A stretch of 64,000 nt of DNA, taken from contig OZ024740.1 of the NCBI GenBank assembly GCA_964016885.1, forward strand, positions 347,448,001-347,512,000. Direction: 5' to 3'. The stretch is from Eledone cirrhosa (taxonomy: Eukaryota). This document shows, in pieces, positions 12,925 to 26,502 of this stretch. Positions within the stretch are counted from its first letter, which is position 1. Every line of letters begins with the position of its first letter. A program made the translations under genes and the position numbers. The notes below the pieces were generated by a model, which did no database searches, was not told where the DNA came from, and saw only the letters and a program-made list of their open reading frames with translations.

Positions 12925-13968
12925 TACTTTGATTATTTTACTATCTAACTGTCATGAAATAGTAAATGAATAGTTACTTTTATATTTTTCAAAAATACTT
13001 ATTTGTATGTGTGTGAGTGTTTGTGGTCGCTTGTGTGTGACCATGGGCATGTAATCATGTTACCGTTTGTTGCTTTTTTTTATTACAGTGGCAGAACACC
13101 GACGAATGTAGTAAAGAAACATGATGGTCGTTGCTAGATGTAAGGCCTGCCAATATCTGTGAACACTTTCGAAGTTGAGATATATAAATAAAAAGAATGA
13201 TTAAATAAACTGCTTTTGTTCTTTCTAAATCTAAGTAAAATGTATCTATTTGCAAATTGCGTTTAAAATATCATAAAGAAATGCGTTAAAGGACAAATAA
13301 AAAGCAAGATAGAAATATGGGATGGGAAAGCTCTACGTTCTTGGACAAGTTGACAAAAGCGTTGCTTTGGAGAAAATTTAAGAGAACCAACTTCATCAGC
13401 TATTTCACCTCAGGAGGCTCCTTACTCAGTTATGGTGCACTCGTTCCAATATTGCGGGGTAAACAACTGTCCGGGAACATCAAAGAGATCAATGGCGGCT
13501 TGCACAAAAGTGAAATGGTCAGGTAATGCCTAATATTTATTGAGCCCCCTCCCCTCTTTGTTGTGAACCTTAAATTTTGGGCCGAAGTGATTAGAGTTGC
13601 ATTGAAGAGATGGGACGTTCTAGGTGAGGGATTTACCTCCCTGAAACGGGAAAATGGTAGTCTCATTAAGCCAAGACACACGGTAACTCGGATATGAGTT
13701 TACTCAACGTGAAATATGTGAAGTAAACTGGAAAGTGGTACCTGAGATATTCAGAGTATTCTGACAAGAGAAATACAGCAAAGTTAAAGTAAAATTCAGG
13801 TTCCATAATAACACCATTATAACACCAAATAAAGACAGCGTCGTATTATTACAAGGAATAGATGTAACAAAACAAAAAAAGTATCAGTGGGGTTAATTGA
13901 AATTACGAATCCTTTTCTGTCGTTGATGATAGAATGTGTACATAATCAGGCAACATACAGACATACAC

Positions 13969-14545
<577 letters not shown>

Positions 14546-14718
14546 GGGAGATTAATTCTGGTATAAATTTGATACTTGAAAAGAGAAAAAAACATGACAA
14601 TATTAAACAAAAACCAAAGAAAGAAACTCTGCTAACGAGGATATCGTTGGAGACGTCTACGACCAATTAAAACCCTATATTTTGTGTAAACAAGAACAAA
14701 ACAACTACACTCCTCATC

Positions 14719-14833
<115 letters not shown>

Positions 14834-15034
14834 AAATAGAAATGTATCATTTATGATGTCACAGATGTGACGAAAGAACTCTGAGAGACTATATTTATAT
14901 CGATATTTACTCATTTAATGATAAACATTGATTGCTAGCTGAATGAATTAACCATAGAGATATTAAATATACTGAAACGAAACCCAGCCCAAACCAAACA
15001 GTAAGTGTGTTTCAATATATATTTCTGGCAATAT

Positions 15035-15700
15035 TATAACAACATCACCCTCCCCAAATATAACAATATTTGTTTCAATATATTTGTTTCAACGATTTCA
15101 TATCAAAAACCTTGCAAAACAAATTCATTGTCGATATTTGGAAAGAGTGCAAGTAAAACTCTTCAATACAAGTTGATCACCCTGACACAAGAATTGAGAG
15201 TTGTCAGCGAGAAACTCCGATATCAGAACAGAGTTATTGGAAGGAAATCAGTCTATAGATCTGAGATGCAAATTAAACCTCAATGAGACATCGTACCAAG
15301 AAAATAGATTCATTCTAGAGGAAATATGGGGTGAGAAAAAGAATGTCAAACAAGATGCAATGTGGTTAAAAGATCTCCGAACGAACTATTAGCCCCCCTG
15401 GATTATACCAAACATTTACAGCATCATGATACACTTGGGTCTGTGTCTGAAAATCTTCAAGATAACAAAGCACCAGGAAGAGATTTGCTTGTCGGCTTTT
15501 GGTACGAAATGTGACTTTCTATCGGGTGTATCTTATCAACCTCTACCAATAAACTATCTATGTTTGATATTTGCAGAGATGAGATTGATTCCCAAAAATA
15601 AAAATACCTACTTAGCAACTCGACTCGTGACCACATACATGGTGAAGAAATTATAATAAGGATACAGGCAGGCCAAAGGGATTGCTAGAAATAGCAGCTC
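15035..15700 (+). mobile_element. Highly decayed R4/Dong-type LINE fragment
   Basis: TLQYKLITLTQELRVV and IWGEKKNVKQDAMWL match 42526-42790 of the better-preserved copy. Confidence 0.7.
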
Positions 15701-15879
15701 GTTTGGTCTAAAATAAAGCAGTTGTACTAAAATATAATGCTAGTAGCAGAAGTACTTAAGAATTTGATTAATAAATATTGACGTTTTTTTACACTTGAAT
15801 TAGTGTATATATATATGTGTGTGTGAGTGTGTATATGTGCATATATATATATATATGCGTGTGTACGTATATATATATG

Positions 15880-15914
<35 letters not shown>

Positions 15915-16025
15915 TGAAATAAAATGAAAACGAAATTTCATTTCTCACTCTTAGTATGGCACTTACTTAAATGTAAGTATGCATGTATACGTACATACAT
16001 ATATGTATACAGACGTACAGTAGCA

Positions 16026-16109
<84 letters not shown>

Positions 16110-16260
16110 TACAGGTACACATACATATATGCACGTATCAGTTTAGCGGACGCTTATTATAACGCCGCTTTGTTCGTTTGTAAACAAACTGAACAGCCTG
16201 AATTTATGCCATACGGTGTTAAGGCAACCACGTCACCTTTTTGTTCAACACTGACACAGG

Positions 16261-16305
16261 AACGATGTACTAGTTTCAAGCTTGTTAGCTATCATCAGCA
16301 CCGTT
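16261..16305 (-). ncRNA. Minimal type I hammerhead ribozyme (canonical core)
   Basis: Exact reverse complement of 16637-16681. Confidence 0.85.
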
Positions 16306-16636
16306 TACCCATCTGCCAGATAGTTGAACGTTCGAAAGTATATACTTTCCTTATGAAAATTAACGGCTGAGCAGCCAAATTTGCATATTGAGTGAGTTAA
16401 ATCGGTCAGGCATACCGAAAACGATAAATTGAAATAAAATGAAAACGAAATTTCATTTAAGTAAATGCCATACTAAGAGTGAGAAATGAAATTTCGTTTT
16501 CGTTTTATTTCAATTTATCGTTTTCGGTATGCCTCACCGATTTAACTCACTCAATATGCAAATTAGGCTGCTCAGCCGTTAATTTTCATAAGGAAAGTAT
16601 ATACTTTCGAACGTTCAACTATCTGGCAGATGGGTA

Positions 16637-16681
16637 AACGGTGCTGATGATAGCTAACAAGCTTGAAACTAGTACATCGTT
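16637..16681 (+). ncRNA. Minimal type I hammerhead ribozyme (canonical core)
   Basis: AACGGTG-CTGATGA-TAGCTAACAAGCTT-GAAA-CTAGT-A-CATCGTT: 7 bp stem I, AGC/GCT stem II, palindromic ACTAGT stem III, GUA cleavage triplet (cut after 16674). Confidence 0.85.
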
Positions 16682-16830
16682 CCTGTGTCAGTGTTGAACA
16701 AAAAGGTGACGTGGTTGCCTTAACACCGTATGGCATAAATTCAGGCTGTTCAGTTTGTTTACAAACGAACAAAGCGGCGTTATAATAAGCGTCCGCTAAA
16801 CTGATACGTGCATATATGTATGTGTACCTG

Positions 16831-16868
<38 letters not shown>

Positions 16869-16921
16869 TGCTACTGTACGTCTGTATACATATATGTATG
16901 TACGTACACATGCATACTTAC

Positions 16922-16984
<63 letters not shown>

Positions 16985-18341
16985 TATAACAAAGGAATTG
17001 TGGTAATGAACCAGATGAACCACAGCACACCAGAGTACTCAATACTTAGGGTAGTAGAGTGAGAAATAGGAAAAAGTATGACCCCGACGGCAGAGCTCAA
17101 GCTGGTTCGACGGCTATTTCTGGACTCAAATAGTCCATAAATAGCCGTCGAAACGGCTATTATTGGAAAAGACAGAGCAAATCGACGTTGAATTTCCTCT
17201 TGCATCCAAAAAAGGGGTTCCCTATTTTGGGAAATCTAATTTTGATCATATCTGTATAGTATATTTAATAAAATACTATGTTTATTTAAACATATTTTGA
17301 AGAGCATTCGCTATGTGTTTTTAAGTAGTGACTATCCCACTTACATAGTCTTGGCAAAAACAAATATATATATATATATATATGTATAGTAATAATAATA
17401 AAATTGAAGACTAAAATCCAAAGAGGGCTCGATAAGGATAAATATATATCAAATATATAAGAACCGTAGAGCAAATATTTATTAAATAACAGATTAAAGT
17501 TTAAGCAAAGAATCGCTGCTTTCACCCTTAACGGGATCTTCTGAAACTAACAAAGTCAATCTGTAAACGGAGAACTGGATATTTCAAAAAACGTTGCAAC
17601 CGGAGAAAGACAGAAAGACGTTACTTTGGTTCGTGGAAACGTTCGCTGGCAAAGAACGGGAAAAAACGAATAATACGTCATTAATAGGAGCGGTGAAAAA
17701 CAATTACGCGCAAAGACAGAACCACGTTTATGGTATGAAAGAGGTCGTAGACTAATGTTCTCTTAGGTGGTGCATAGAGACGTTCTCTGGCAATGAACGA
17801 AAAAACGAAGATAATACGTCATATGTGTAGCGTGGAGAACAATAGCACGCAAAGACAAAACCACGTAAATTGTATAGCAGAAGTCGTAGACTAAAATTCT
17901 AACTAGGAGACCAAAAGGTATAAAACAAAAGCAAGCTATTTCAAATTATATATTTTTGAAAAATAGACGAGAATGTTCTCAAAGATTTGATCTCAGTCGA
18001 AAAAGCTTTTTTTTTTTAAATTCTATATTTCACTGTTAGCTGTTGTAACATTTTGAGTGGATAGACAATTCTACAATTCAAACTGTAAAGTCAAAATACG
18101 AAAGATGCAAAATATGAAGAATGTCTTACCTTTCTCTGGAATCACAAACTCAAGGGAAAAATAGTACCTTAGGAAGTAAAGTACCTCGATCACAAACTTA
18201 GTTGCAACGAATGAATTGAGATGCTTAGTGACAATGAGCAAACAATATCTGTATTCCTTTTATATGTATATATATATATACATAGATAGATACACACACA
18301 CACACACATACGTGCAAGGGCGCGCATGCACACGCACAGAC

Positions 18342-18393
<52 letters not shown>

Positions 18394-18512
18394 TCTTTAT
18401 AGTACAGAAAGAATTTTCTCTCCAGTTTTTATTGCCGAGTCAAAGGCCACTGCGCTTTTCAACAACGTCAAATAACAACGCCAAATATATATAGAAATAT
18501 ATAAAGAGAGAA

Positions 18513-18611
<99 letters not shown>

Positions 18612-18784
18612 CAAGAAGACAAACTGAGAGAGTAAGAAATGTGTGTGGGTGTTTTTGGTACACGTCTATCTATCTTTACATCTATCTCTCCAACAGGCGG
18701 CTCAAACATGCGGCCCGCGAACTACTTTTCTATGGCCCGTGGTAGAACCAATATTTCAGATTCCATTATAACTGGCGAAAATAA

Positions 18785-18998
18785 GGCGGTGAGCTGGTGG
18801 AATCGTTAGCACATCTGGCGAAATGCTTAGCGGTACTTCTTCCGTTTTTACGTTCCGAGTTCAAATTCCGCCGATCTCAACTTTGCCTTTCATCCTTTTG
18901 GAGTCGATAAATAAAGTACCAGTGGTGAACTGAGATTCATGTAATTGACGGGACCCTAAACCTCAAATTCCAAGCCTTGTGTCTATAGTAGAAATAAT
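18785..18998 (+). mobile_element. tRNA-derived SINE
   Basis: A-box-like AGCTGGTGGAATCGTTAG, B-box GAGTTCAAATTCC, body CTTTGCCTTTCATCC..GTCGATAAATAAAGTACCAG shared with other copies. Confidence 0.75.
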
Positions 18999-19393
18999 TA
19001 TAACTGGTAAAAATCATCACCCACCACCACGTTTGGCCCACTGTGCCTCTCATCCAGGACGTAATGGCCCTTTTATGTCCTTGAATTTGAGACCCCTCTT
19101 CTACACACACACAGACACACATATCTATATACATTTTACTTTTTTTCGGTTTCTGGACTGCGCCCATGCTGGAGCATCACCTTGGTAAGTTATGGGGACG
19201 TCAACAAACCAACAAGTATTGGTGGGAGTGCAAACACAAACGCAAAGACACACACCGACATATATACATATATACGACTCTCTTCTTTTTGTTTCGGTCT
19301 ATCAAATCCACTCACAGGGCTTTCGTCGGCCCGATCAGTGGGACTGAACCCGGAAACATGTGGTTGGGAAGCAAGCTTCTTGTCACACTGCGC

Positions 19394-19489
<96 letters not shown>

Positions 19490-20544
19490 CAGGGGCGTAG
19501 GGTGCGTGCATGCAACGCATGCAGTGCATGGGTTATAGAATCTTGAGTTGATAAATTGCGTCGGTTGAAGCAAGCAGTATTTTGGCTCCTTGCTAAATCG
19601 TAGACACATATAAAGATAACACACACACAGACACACAAACACACGACAGCGTCGGTTGAAGCAAGCAGAATTTTGGCTGCTTACTAAATCGTAGATACAT
19701 AAAAAGATAACACACACATACACACACACATACACACACTAGATAACACTACATGCGGCTTTGACCGGGAGGGTGATTTAGAGGGTATTGAGGGGGGGGG
19801 GGTGTAAGGCTGCACAGCCCCACTTTCCGCCATGGTGATTGGACTGCATGCCCTGCTTTCCATGTTACCCTTCGCCACTGGTGTATTGGTGTATGTGTGT
19901 GTGTGTGTATTATCAAATTGACAATGAAAATAAAAAGAACAAAGTCAAGTTACTTTATAACTTTGTTTTTATTTTGTTGTTTTTTTTATTTTTATTGTTA
20001 ATTTAATACCTAATATCTGACTCTGTATCTAAAGAATTAATTCAGCGAAACACAGAACCTCTCTATGGATTTTAAAAAATTACATTGCGTTCTTCTACGG
20101 TACCGACCCTACCACCAGAGGTAGACCAGACTGAAAAAAGAAAAAATATATATATGTATGTGTGTCTGTGTGGGTATAATATATATTTATATATATATAT
20201 ATCTACATACATATATACATATATACTTTACGTATGTATATAGCTATGCATTTATACATCTGTATATAAACATGCATTTATATATGAGTGTCAGGATATT
20301 GACATGATTTTTTTTTCTTTTCTGGAAAGGAGAGAATTTGGCTCCAGCTTTTATTACCTAGGGAGATTAACTACCATAGCATTTCAACCTCATCAAACAC
20401 CAACGTTGGCCTATGTGTGTGTATGTATGTATGTATGTATGTATGTATGTATGTATGTATATACACATGTACATATGTATGTATATGTGTATATACATGG
20501 GTGTGCTTGTGTATGTATGTGCGGGGACATAGAAAAAGTCGGAC

Positions 20545-20878
20545 TGGACAACCGAACGCGAGGTTAAACCACTGGGAGTGAAGGACCCCCTAGCTTTTGT
20601 CAGGGCATTCTTCTAGGAGAAGGCAACTCAGGAATCGGGGATAACTCCGATATAAAACCTGCGACACAGTAGTTACCGATGATGTTGATCTGTTCTTCTT
20701 TTCGTGTTATAGTTACTGTCGCTCAGAGAGTGAGATTGGCTCAGTGCACAGTCTTTCCTCACTTTAAAAAATATCTTCACGCACAGGCATTTCACGATAG
20801 TATTAATTAATAATTATTAATAATGGAATACCGTGTAATGGCCATACTCGATAACGAGGGAGCAGCCATCATCATCAT
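20545..20878 (+). mobile_element. RTE-related non-autonomous element
   Basis: RTE-5'UTR-like TCTAGGAGAAGGCAACTC...AAACC, terminal hairpin CTCGATAACGAG and (CAT)n tail; reverse-complement relative at 40455-40790. Confidence 0.6.
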
Positions 20879-21779
20879 GTATGTATGTATGTATGTATGT
20901 ATGTATGTATGTATGTATGTATGTATGTACGTATGTACGTATGCATGTGTGTGTATGATTGTATATATGATTGTATATATGATTGTATGTATGTATATGT
21001 ATACACCCACACCTTTCATAACTATTGCTTCATTTTCTTGTCGTTTCTGTTGTTCTTGTAACTGTTGTCATAGTTGACCTTGTCCTTATTTTCATTTTCT
21101 TTGACTTCTTTCGTTTTTCTTTTATCTCTCTAGGGTTTTCGTTGAAAAGCTTCTTTCATTCATTTTCTTCGTTTTCTTCATTCAAATGCATTCACACTGG
21201 CTGTCTCAGAGACGTACAAATATGGCTTATAAAACTTACCTGAGTAAAGAGCCTTCAGCGCCCCTCTAGCGCCTCCCCAAATCTTCAAACGCCTCGCTAA
21301 CGTCCCTTGCCCCAAATCCTTTGTTCTAGAACATCATGCATCGTGCGAGAAATAGCAACCAAATCAACCTCAAATTACACTTGAACCTCTTAGGAAAAGA
21401 AAGAAGAGAATGGTTAATATGTCCTTAAAATACTTTGATAAATTTGGGCAATCAGTGTTTATCTGCGACAAAACAATTACAAAATGACCTAAAATATACT
21501 GGAGGATAGCACTTCGCCCTCTATCCTCATGTTAGTTTATGAAATTCAAAGGGTTTCATCTAAGTGGGAAAGCAATTTTCAAAACTTACCAACGTGCCAG
21601 TCATGCCACTTTCATTAACGTAGTCAACAAGCAGAAAGGAGAGCAAGATTATCTACTTCTCCTTAAGAAATGATGGTGGGAGTCGATGTTGACGATAGAA
21701 TATACTGATTACAAGTCCCGTCTTGCACGTAATAATTGTTTGAAATAATGCCACAATCAAGCAATGCCCAGATAGTGGG

Positions 21780-22260
21780 CGTGTATGTGATGGACGGTTT
21801 CATCACCTCACACATCTCGAACAGGATCGGTTACTAACAATTGCTAACGATTCCCGTACTGCAATAGCAATACAGTTTATGCTAAATCCCCACTTTTCTA
21901 GAACTACTAAATCAATGGCTTTTGCAAGTTCACAATACTCCACGACCACTTTGACAATATCGTTGAGCGACTCGTAAGCCTAACAACATTTAAGAAGCCA
22001 AACATCCAAACTCTTTCTCCGATTCCCCTGTCTGTTGCGTTGTCAAAGAGATTAAATATGCGAAATATGATGCACAAAAGGCGCACACGTCTGTTCATCA
22101 ATATTGTTGTCCACCCCTGCAAATATTTCACTTTCAACCCATATCTGCGTATCATCTCCGACGGCAGATCGAGACTCCCGTGGGGGAGGTTTCCAGAAGC
22201 CGTTGTCCAGAAATATGTTGCTTACTTTTACATCCAGCGATACTGAAACTGCAATGTCCC
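21780..22260 (-). pseudogene. Possible decayed Ser/Thr protein kinase fragment
   Basis: In order on the - strand: DVKVSNIFLD (22234-22205, subdomain VIb-like), DVCAF/CIIF (~22090-22060, IX-like, frameshifted), QLLVTDPVR (21843-21817, XI-like); no intact DFG seen. Confidence 0.4.
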
Positions 22261-23547
22261 GATACGTGAAGGAGATGTAGATTTTATAATTGGACAGAAA
22301 GACAGCAAGTGATTGAGTCGCAGAAATTCGGATCTTACTGATGGCTAGCAGATACAGACATGATGTACTGATTGTCTGAAGTCAACGGATGTACCTGCTT
22401 CGACGCCAACGCAAGCCTATGTGAATTTAGAAAACACAGGCCTAATTGAAACCTGCTGGTTATCAAAAGAGTGAGAAAAATCATCTACCTTATCTATAGA
22501 TAATCGGGCATACTATGTTTGTTTGTCCTAGGAGGGCTCATTAAGATCCATTGCGATTATTTTAAAATTCTGCCATGTCACGTATGAATCTTCGATTAGA
22601 GTAATCGAATTGTCTGTATCAGAAGTCTGTCTGTTTTTGTCTATGGAGTAAATTCATTTATTTGAGCACTATCTGTTGTGTCTATGATTTCGGATGAAGA
22701 TCAGATTTTTCCAGGCAATAGTAAAATTGTAATGTGATTGTTGGTGACGCTATTGTTATGGATTTTGCTATTGTTATTATTGCTGTATCACTTCTTTGTG
22801 TATCTTCTATTATTCTATGTATTTTTATTTTTGTTGTTATTGATGATGAGTGTGGTGGGGGGCGGATGTTCATGTTGGAGTTTGTGGTGGTGCTGCTGTT
22901 GTTACTGGTACTGGTAAGCGGTAGTGTTGGTAGTTCGTGCTGATGATGGTGTACAGGTGGTGATGGCGCTGGTGTTGTGCCAGTGATGGTGTATGTGGAG
23001 GTCGGAGTGGTGTTGTGATAGTTGTAGTGTTGCTGGTAGTTACTGTTATTTCTTTTTTGTTTGCATATTTCACCACGCAGTTTAGTTTTTTTGTAAATAT
23101 TTCTGATTTCTAAAGATTTGGGCTTTTATGAAATGTCAGGTGATTTCTCCTACCTCAAATATCTTCACCTTTGTCGAGCTCTATTTCTGTTATTTTACTG
23201 ATTCCGCCGTCTCACCTTTTTAATCTTCTTCACTTGAGAAATCAGACAGTGTAAACATTGTCCCCGAATATGTCTGAACTTGTTCTTGCGTGTTTCTACG
23301 AATGTTGTTTTGTTCAGGAGGGCACTTTACCGTGAAATCCTTGATATTTTTTAATGTTCCCTAACAATAGAATTATAAACGAAATCCATTATTTCAATTA
23401 AATATCTTTGAAACTTCACATAAGTTGTTTTACATACACACTTACACGTGCAGACGGCACACTCACACTCACATACTTACACAAGCACACACATAACACT
23501 CGCACACAAATACTCACTGATACACATACACACACAATATACATATA

Positions 23548-23553
23548 TATAAA
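23548..23553 (+). promoter_or_regulatory. Candidate TATA box of the Kazal gene
   Basis: TATAAAGG 58 nt upstream of ATG 23606; weakened by the adjacent (TA) run. Confidence 0.4.
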
Positions 23554-23605
23554 GGAGATAACGAAACAAATCGTTTCAACAGCTAAATCTACATTTCATA
23601 GAAAT

Positions 23606-23642
23606 ATGTCACCAATCACCGTCTTCTTACTTCTTCTTTCTG
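23606..23642 (+). CDS. Kazal inhibitor exon 1 (signal peptide MSPITVFLLLLS-G)
   Basis: ATG + hydrophobic stretch, phase-1 donor G|GTATGT; joins in frame to 32528 to complete a signal peptide. Confidence 0.7.
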
Positions 23643-23661
23643 GTATGTATATTTTTGTATA

Positions 23662-23848
23662 GTGAATTGGCAGTATCGGTAGAGGGTTGGACGCCACACT
23701 TTCTAGCATAGTTACGTCCCTTTACGGTCTGAGTTCAAATCCCGCCGAGGTTAACATTGCCTTTCATCCTTACGGGGCCGATAAAATAAAGTACCGGTAA
23801 TGTACTGGGTATTTGCTGGCTTTGTGCCAAAACTAGAAACACTTATTT
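23662..23848 (+). mobile_element. tRNA-derived SINE
   Basis: GTGAATTGGCAGTATCGGTAGAG...GAGTTCAAATCCCGCC...; multiple copies in the window. Confidence 0.85.
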
Positions 23849-24149
23849 ATTTTACGTTACTGGCAACTTGTTGTATCTCAATTTTAGACAATGCTCTTCG
23901 TTGATTCTGTCTGAGCCCTAGCGCCCAGTGTGTCTTGGCTTGATGTCACTAAACTAAAACCTGACACAATATATTGTTGGCATTCACATCATCTCAAATA
24001 TGCATCCAAAGCAAAGAATTGATCGTCTTCATTCCTAATGTCCGAATAATTTCAGCAGGTGGGCCAATGTCCTTAATCAGAACCAAATGATCTACACTCT
24101 GCCAGATTGACTATATATCCAATTTTCTGCTGTTTCTAACTCCCTCCTC

Positions 24150-24206
<57 letters not shown>

Positions 24207-24233
24207 CATATATATCTACATATATATAATTTT

Positions 24234-24286
<53 letters not shown>

Positions 24287-24333
24287 AAAATATGGAGAGG
24301 AGGCACACGAGTTAGGATATATATATATATATA

Positions 24334-26491
24334 TATGAAAACAGGGAGAAAGAGGCGATTATGAGGAAGAAAAATATATTTGTTTTCCTTTATTTCGTCT
24401 CTCTCTCTCTCTTTTCTGGGTTAGAAAATGAATAAAACGAAATATTTTACTTTGTGTGAAGTATTAAGGTATTAGTTGATTTATTTGTTATTTAACAATG
24501 GTTGTTATTTTTCTATTTATATATTTAATTATTGTCTATTACGGGTTTCTGCATTTATATGCATTATCAAATGATCGTGAAATGTATTAGTCTGGTGTCG
24601 CACATGTTAAACAGAAGGTGCAGAAAGAATAATGTTATATACAAGCAAGGTTTAACAAGTGAATAGAAAAAAGAAAAAGGAAAAAAAAAAACGCGCATAA
24701 TGTGGAACGTAAAAAGTCAATGTGGAAGAAAAGTTAATGTTATTTACAAGCACAGTCATTGAAATTAAGCAGTTCAAAATGTATTAATATCGCCAGAGTG
24801 TTTAGTTGAACCATGGTTCCGTGAAGGAGAGATATGGTGGACTGTGGTTTGATATGATTTCCCTTTATAGAGAGTTAATATGCAGGGGGAAGTAATTATT
24901 GCTGGGTGATATTTAATAATTTAAGAAAAAGGATTAGGTAGGGTGTGAGGGAGGTAACACTTGTAAATATTTGATGGTTTGTTGCAGTTTTAGAAAGGTG
25001 CGAATTTCAGGGCATTGAATACTGGTTGAAATTTATTAATGAAATGTGTTGCCTTATTGGTGCGTTGGATGAAAGTAGCGTTGTGTATGAATTTATAAAT
25101 GGAGAAAACTTTAAAGTTTGGAAGTTGGTTGAGAGCACAATTGGCGATATGTTCACTAAATGCAATCTTTCTGTATTCCTGTATTTTAATTTGTGATTTA
25201 TTGACGGTCATACGTTGACGGAGGCTGTTTTTTGTCTGTCCTATATAGTGCTCTAGACAACCTGAGTAAGTCAAAACATAGATAAGGTTTTCATATGCAC
25301 ATGTAAAGTTGTGTTTAACTGCGAAATGTTGTCCTTGTTTAAAATGGAATGTTGAACCTTCTATTAGATTTATGCATATGCCACAGTTGGGCCTTCCGCA
25401 TTTTGTTACTGTAGGGTTTATTGTGGAGGTTTGTTGGATTTTGGCTTGTGTGGGATGTCTTTTATGGATTTGGGTTGTCTTTTGCTCTTTATGATGTTGT
25501 GTGTTTGGAGGATATTGTTCATTCTTGGGTCTCTTTTTAGTAAGGGAATGTTCTGGAGGATGATATCGAATCCCTCATTGTTGAGGGGGCTGTGTGTGGA
25601 GATGTATGGTAGAGTTTTTTGTTGCGGTTCACTCCTTGGTTTGGGGTGTCTGAGTTTCTGGATGTCTAGTTTTAGGGCACGTTGGAATCCATTGGTGATT
25701 AGGGATGGTGGGTAGTTTCTGCTGATAAGTGTGTTTTTTAATTCTTCTAGTCGTGTGTAGCATGTGTATTTATCTGAAACTATTGTGCAGAACCGTCTGG
25801 CGGCTAGGTTATAAGGAATTGCCATTTTGGTGTGTCTAGGGTGGCACGAGTTGAATGGAAGGTATTATTTGGAGTCTGTGGGTTTGTAGTATATGTCTGT
25901 TTCTACTTTGTTGCTTATTTTCTTGATGAGGATGTCGAGGAAAGGGAGTTGTTCATGGGTGTAATCCATTGTGAATTGTAAGTTAGTGTTGAGCTCATTC
26001 AGAAGGGTTTTGAACTCAAACAGTCTATCTATACTTTCATGCCAGAGGGTGAAGCAGTCGTCCAGATATCTCTTCCAGTTCTTTTCTATGTGTTAGTAGA
26101 AGTGGTTTCCGTATTTGTCTATAACTTTGCGGTAGAGAATGGTTTCCAAATATCCCATGACAAAGTTGGCGTATGAGGGGCCACTTTCGTGCCCATGGCA
26201 GTCCCAGATGTCTGTTTAACATGTGCTACACCACACTAATACATTTCACAATCATTTGATAATGCATTTAAATGCAGAAACCGGTAATAGACGATAATTA
26301 AATATATAAATAGATAAATAAATGCCATTGTTAAATAATAAATAAATCAACTAATACCTTAACACTTCACACAAAGTAAAACATTTCGTTTTCATCATTT
26401 TCTAACCCCCAAAAAAGAGAGAGAGAGACAAAAAACAGGAAAAAAAATATATTTGTCTTCCTCATAATCGTCTCTTTCTCTCTGTTTTCAT
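24334..26491 (-). mobile_element. Penelope-like element, Neptune type, 5'-truncated, with inverted pLTR (24334-24615 / 26211-26491)
   Basis: RT motifs GTAMG, KRYLDDCF, LPFLD, YYKPTD, SCHP; linker CGRPNCGIC; GIY-YIG NLIY..YIGQT..LRQR; frameshifts and stops. Confidence 0.9.
26251..26291 (+). ncRNA. Hammerhead-like motif, U3-A8 variant, in pLTR (second copy on - strand ~24535-24575)
   Basis: TTGATAA-TGCATTTAAATGCA-GAAA-CCGGT-A; palindromic stem III; stem I weak. Confidence 0.55.
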
Positions 26492-26502
26492 ATATATATA
26501 TA

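Larger units (their letters stand above)
15911..16925. mobile_element. Hammerhead-bearing non-coding ~470-515 bp unit in head-to-head inverted arrangement (retrozyme-like / Penelope pLTR-like)
   Basis: Left and right arms are near-identical reverse complements; 15911-15943 repeats at 16427-16458; flanked by (TA)n; same unit is tandem at 61905-62870. Confidence 0.8.
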
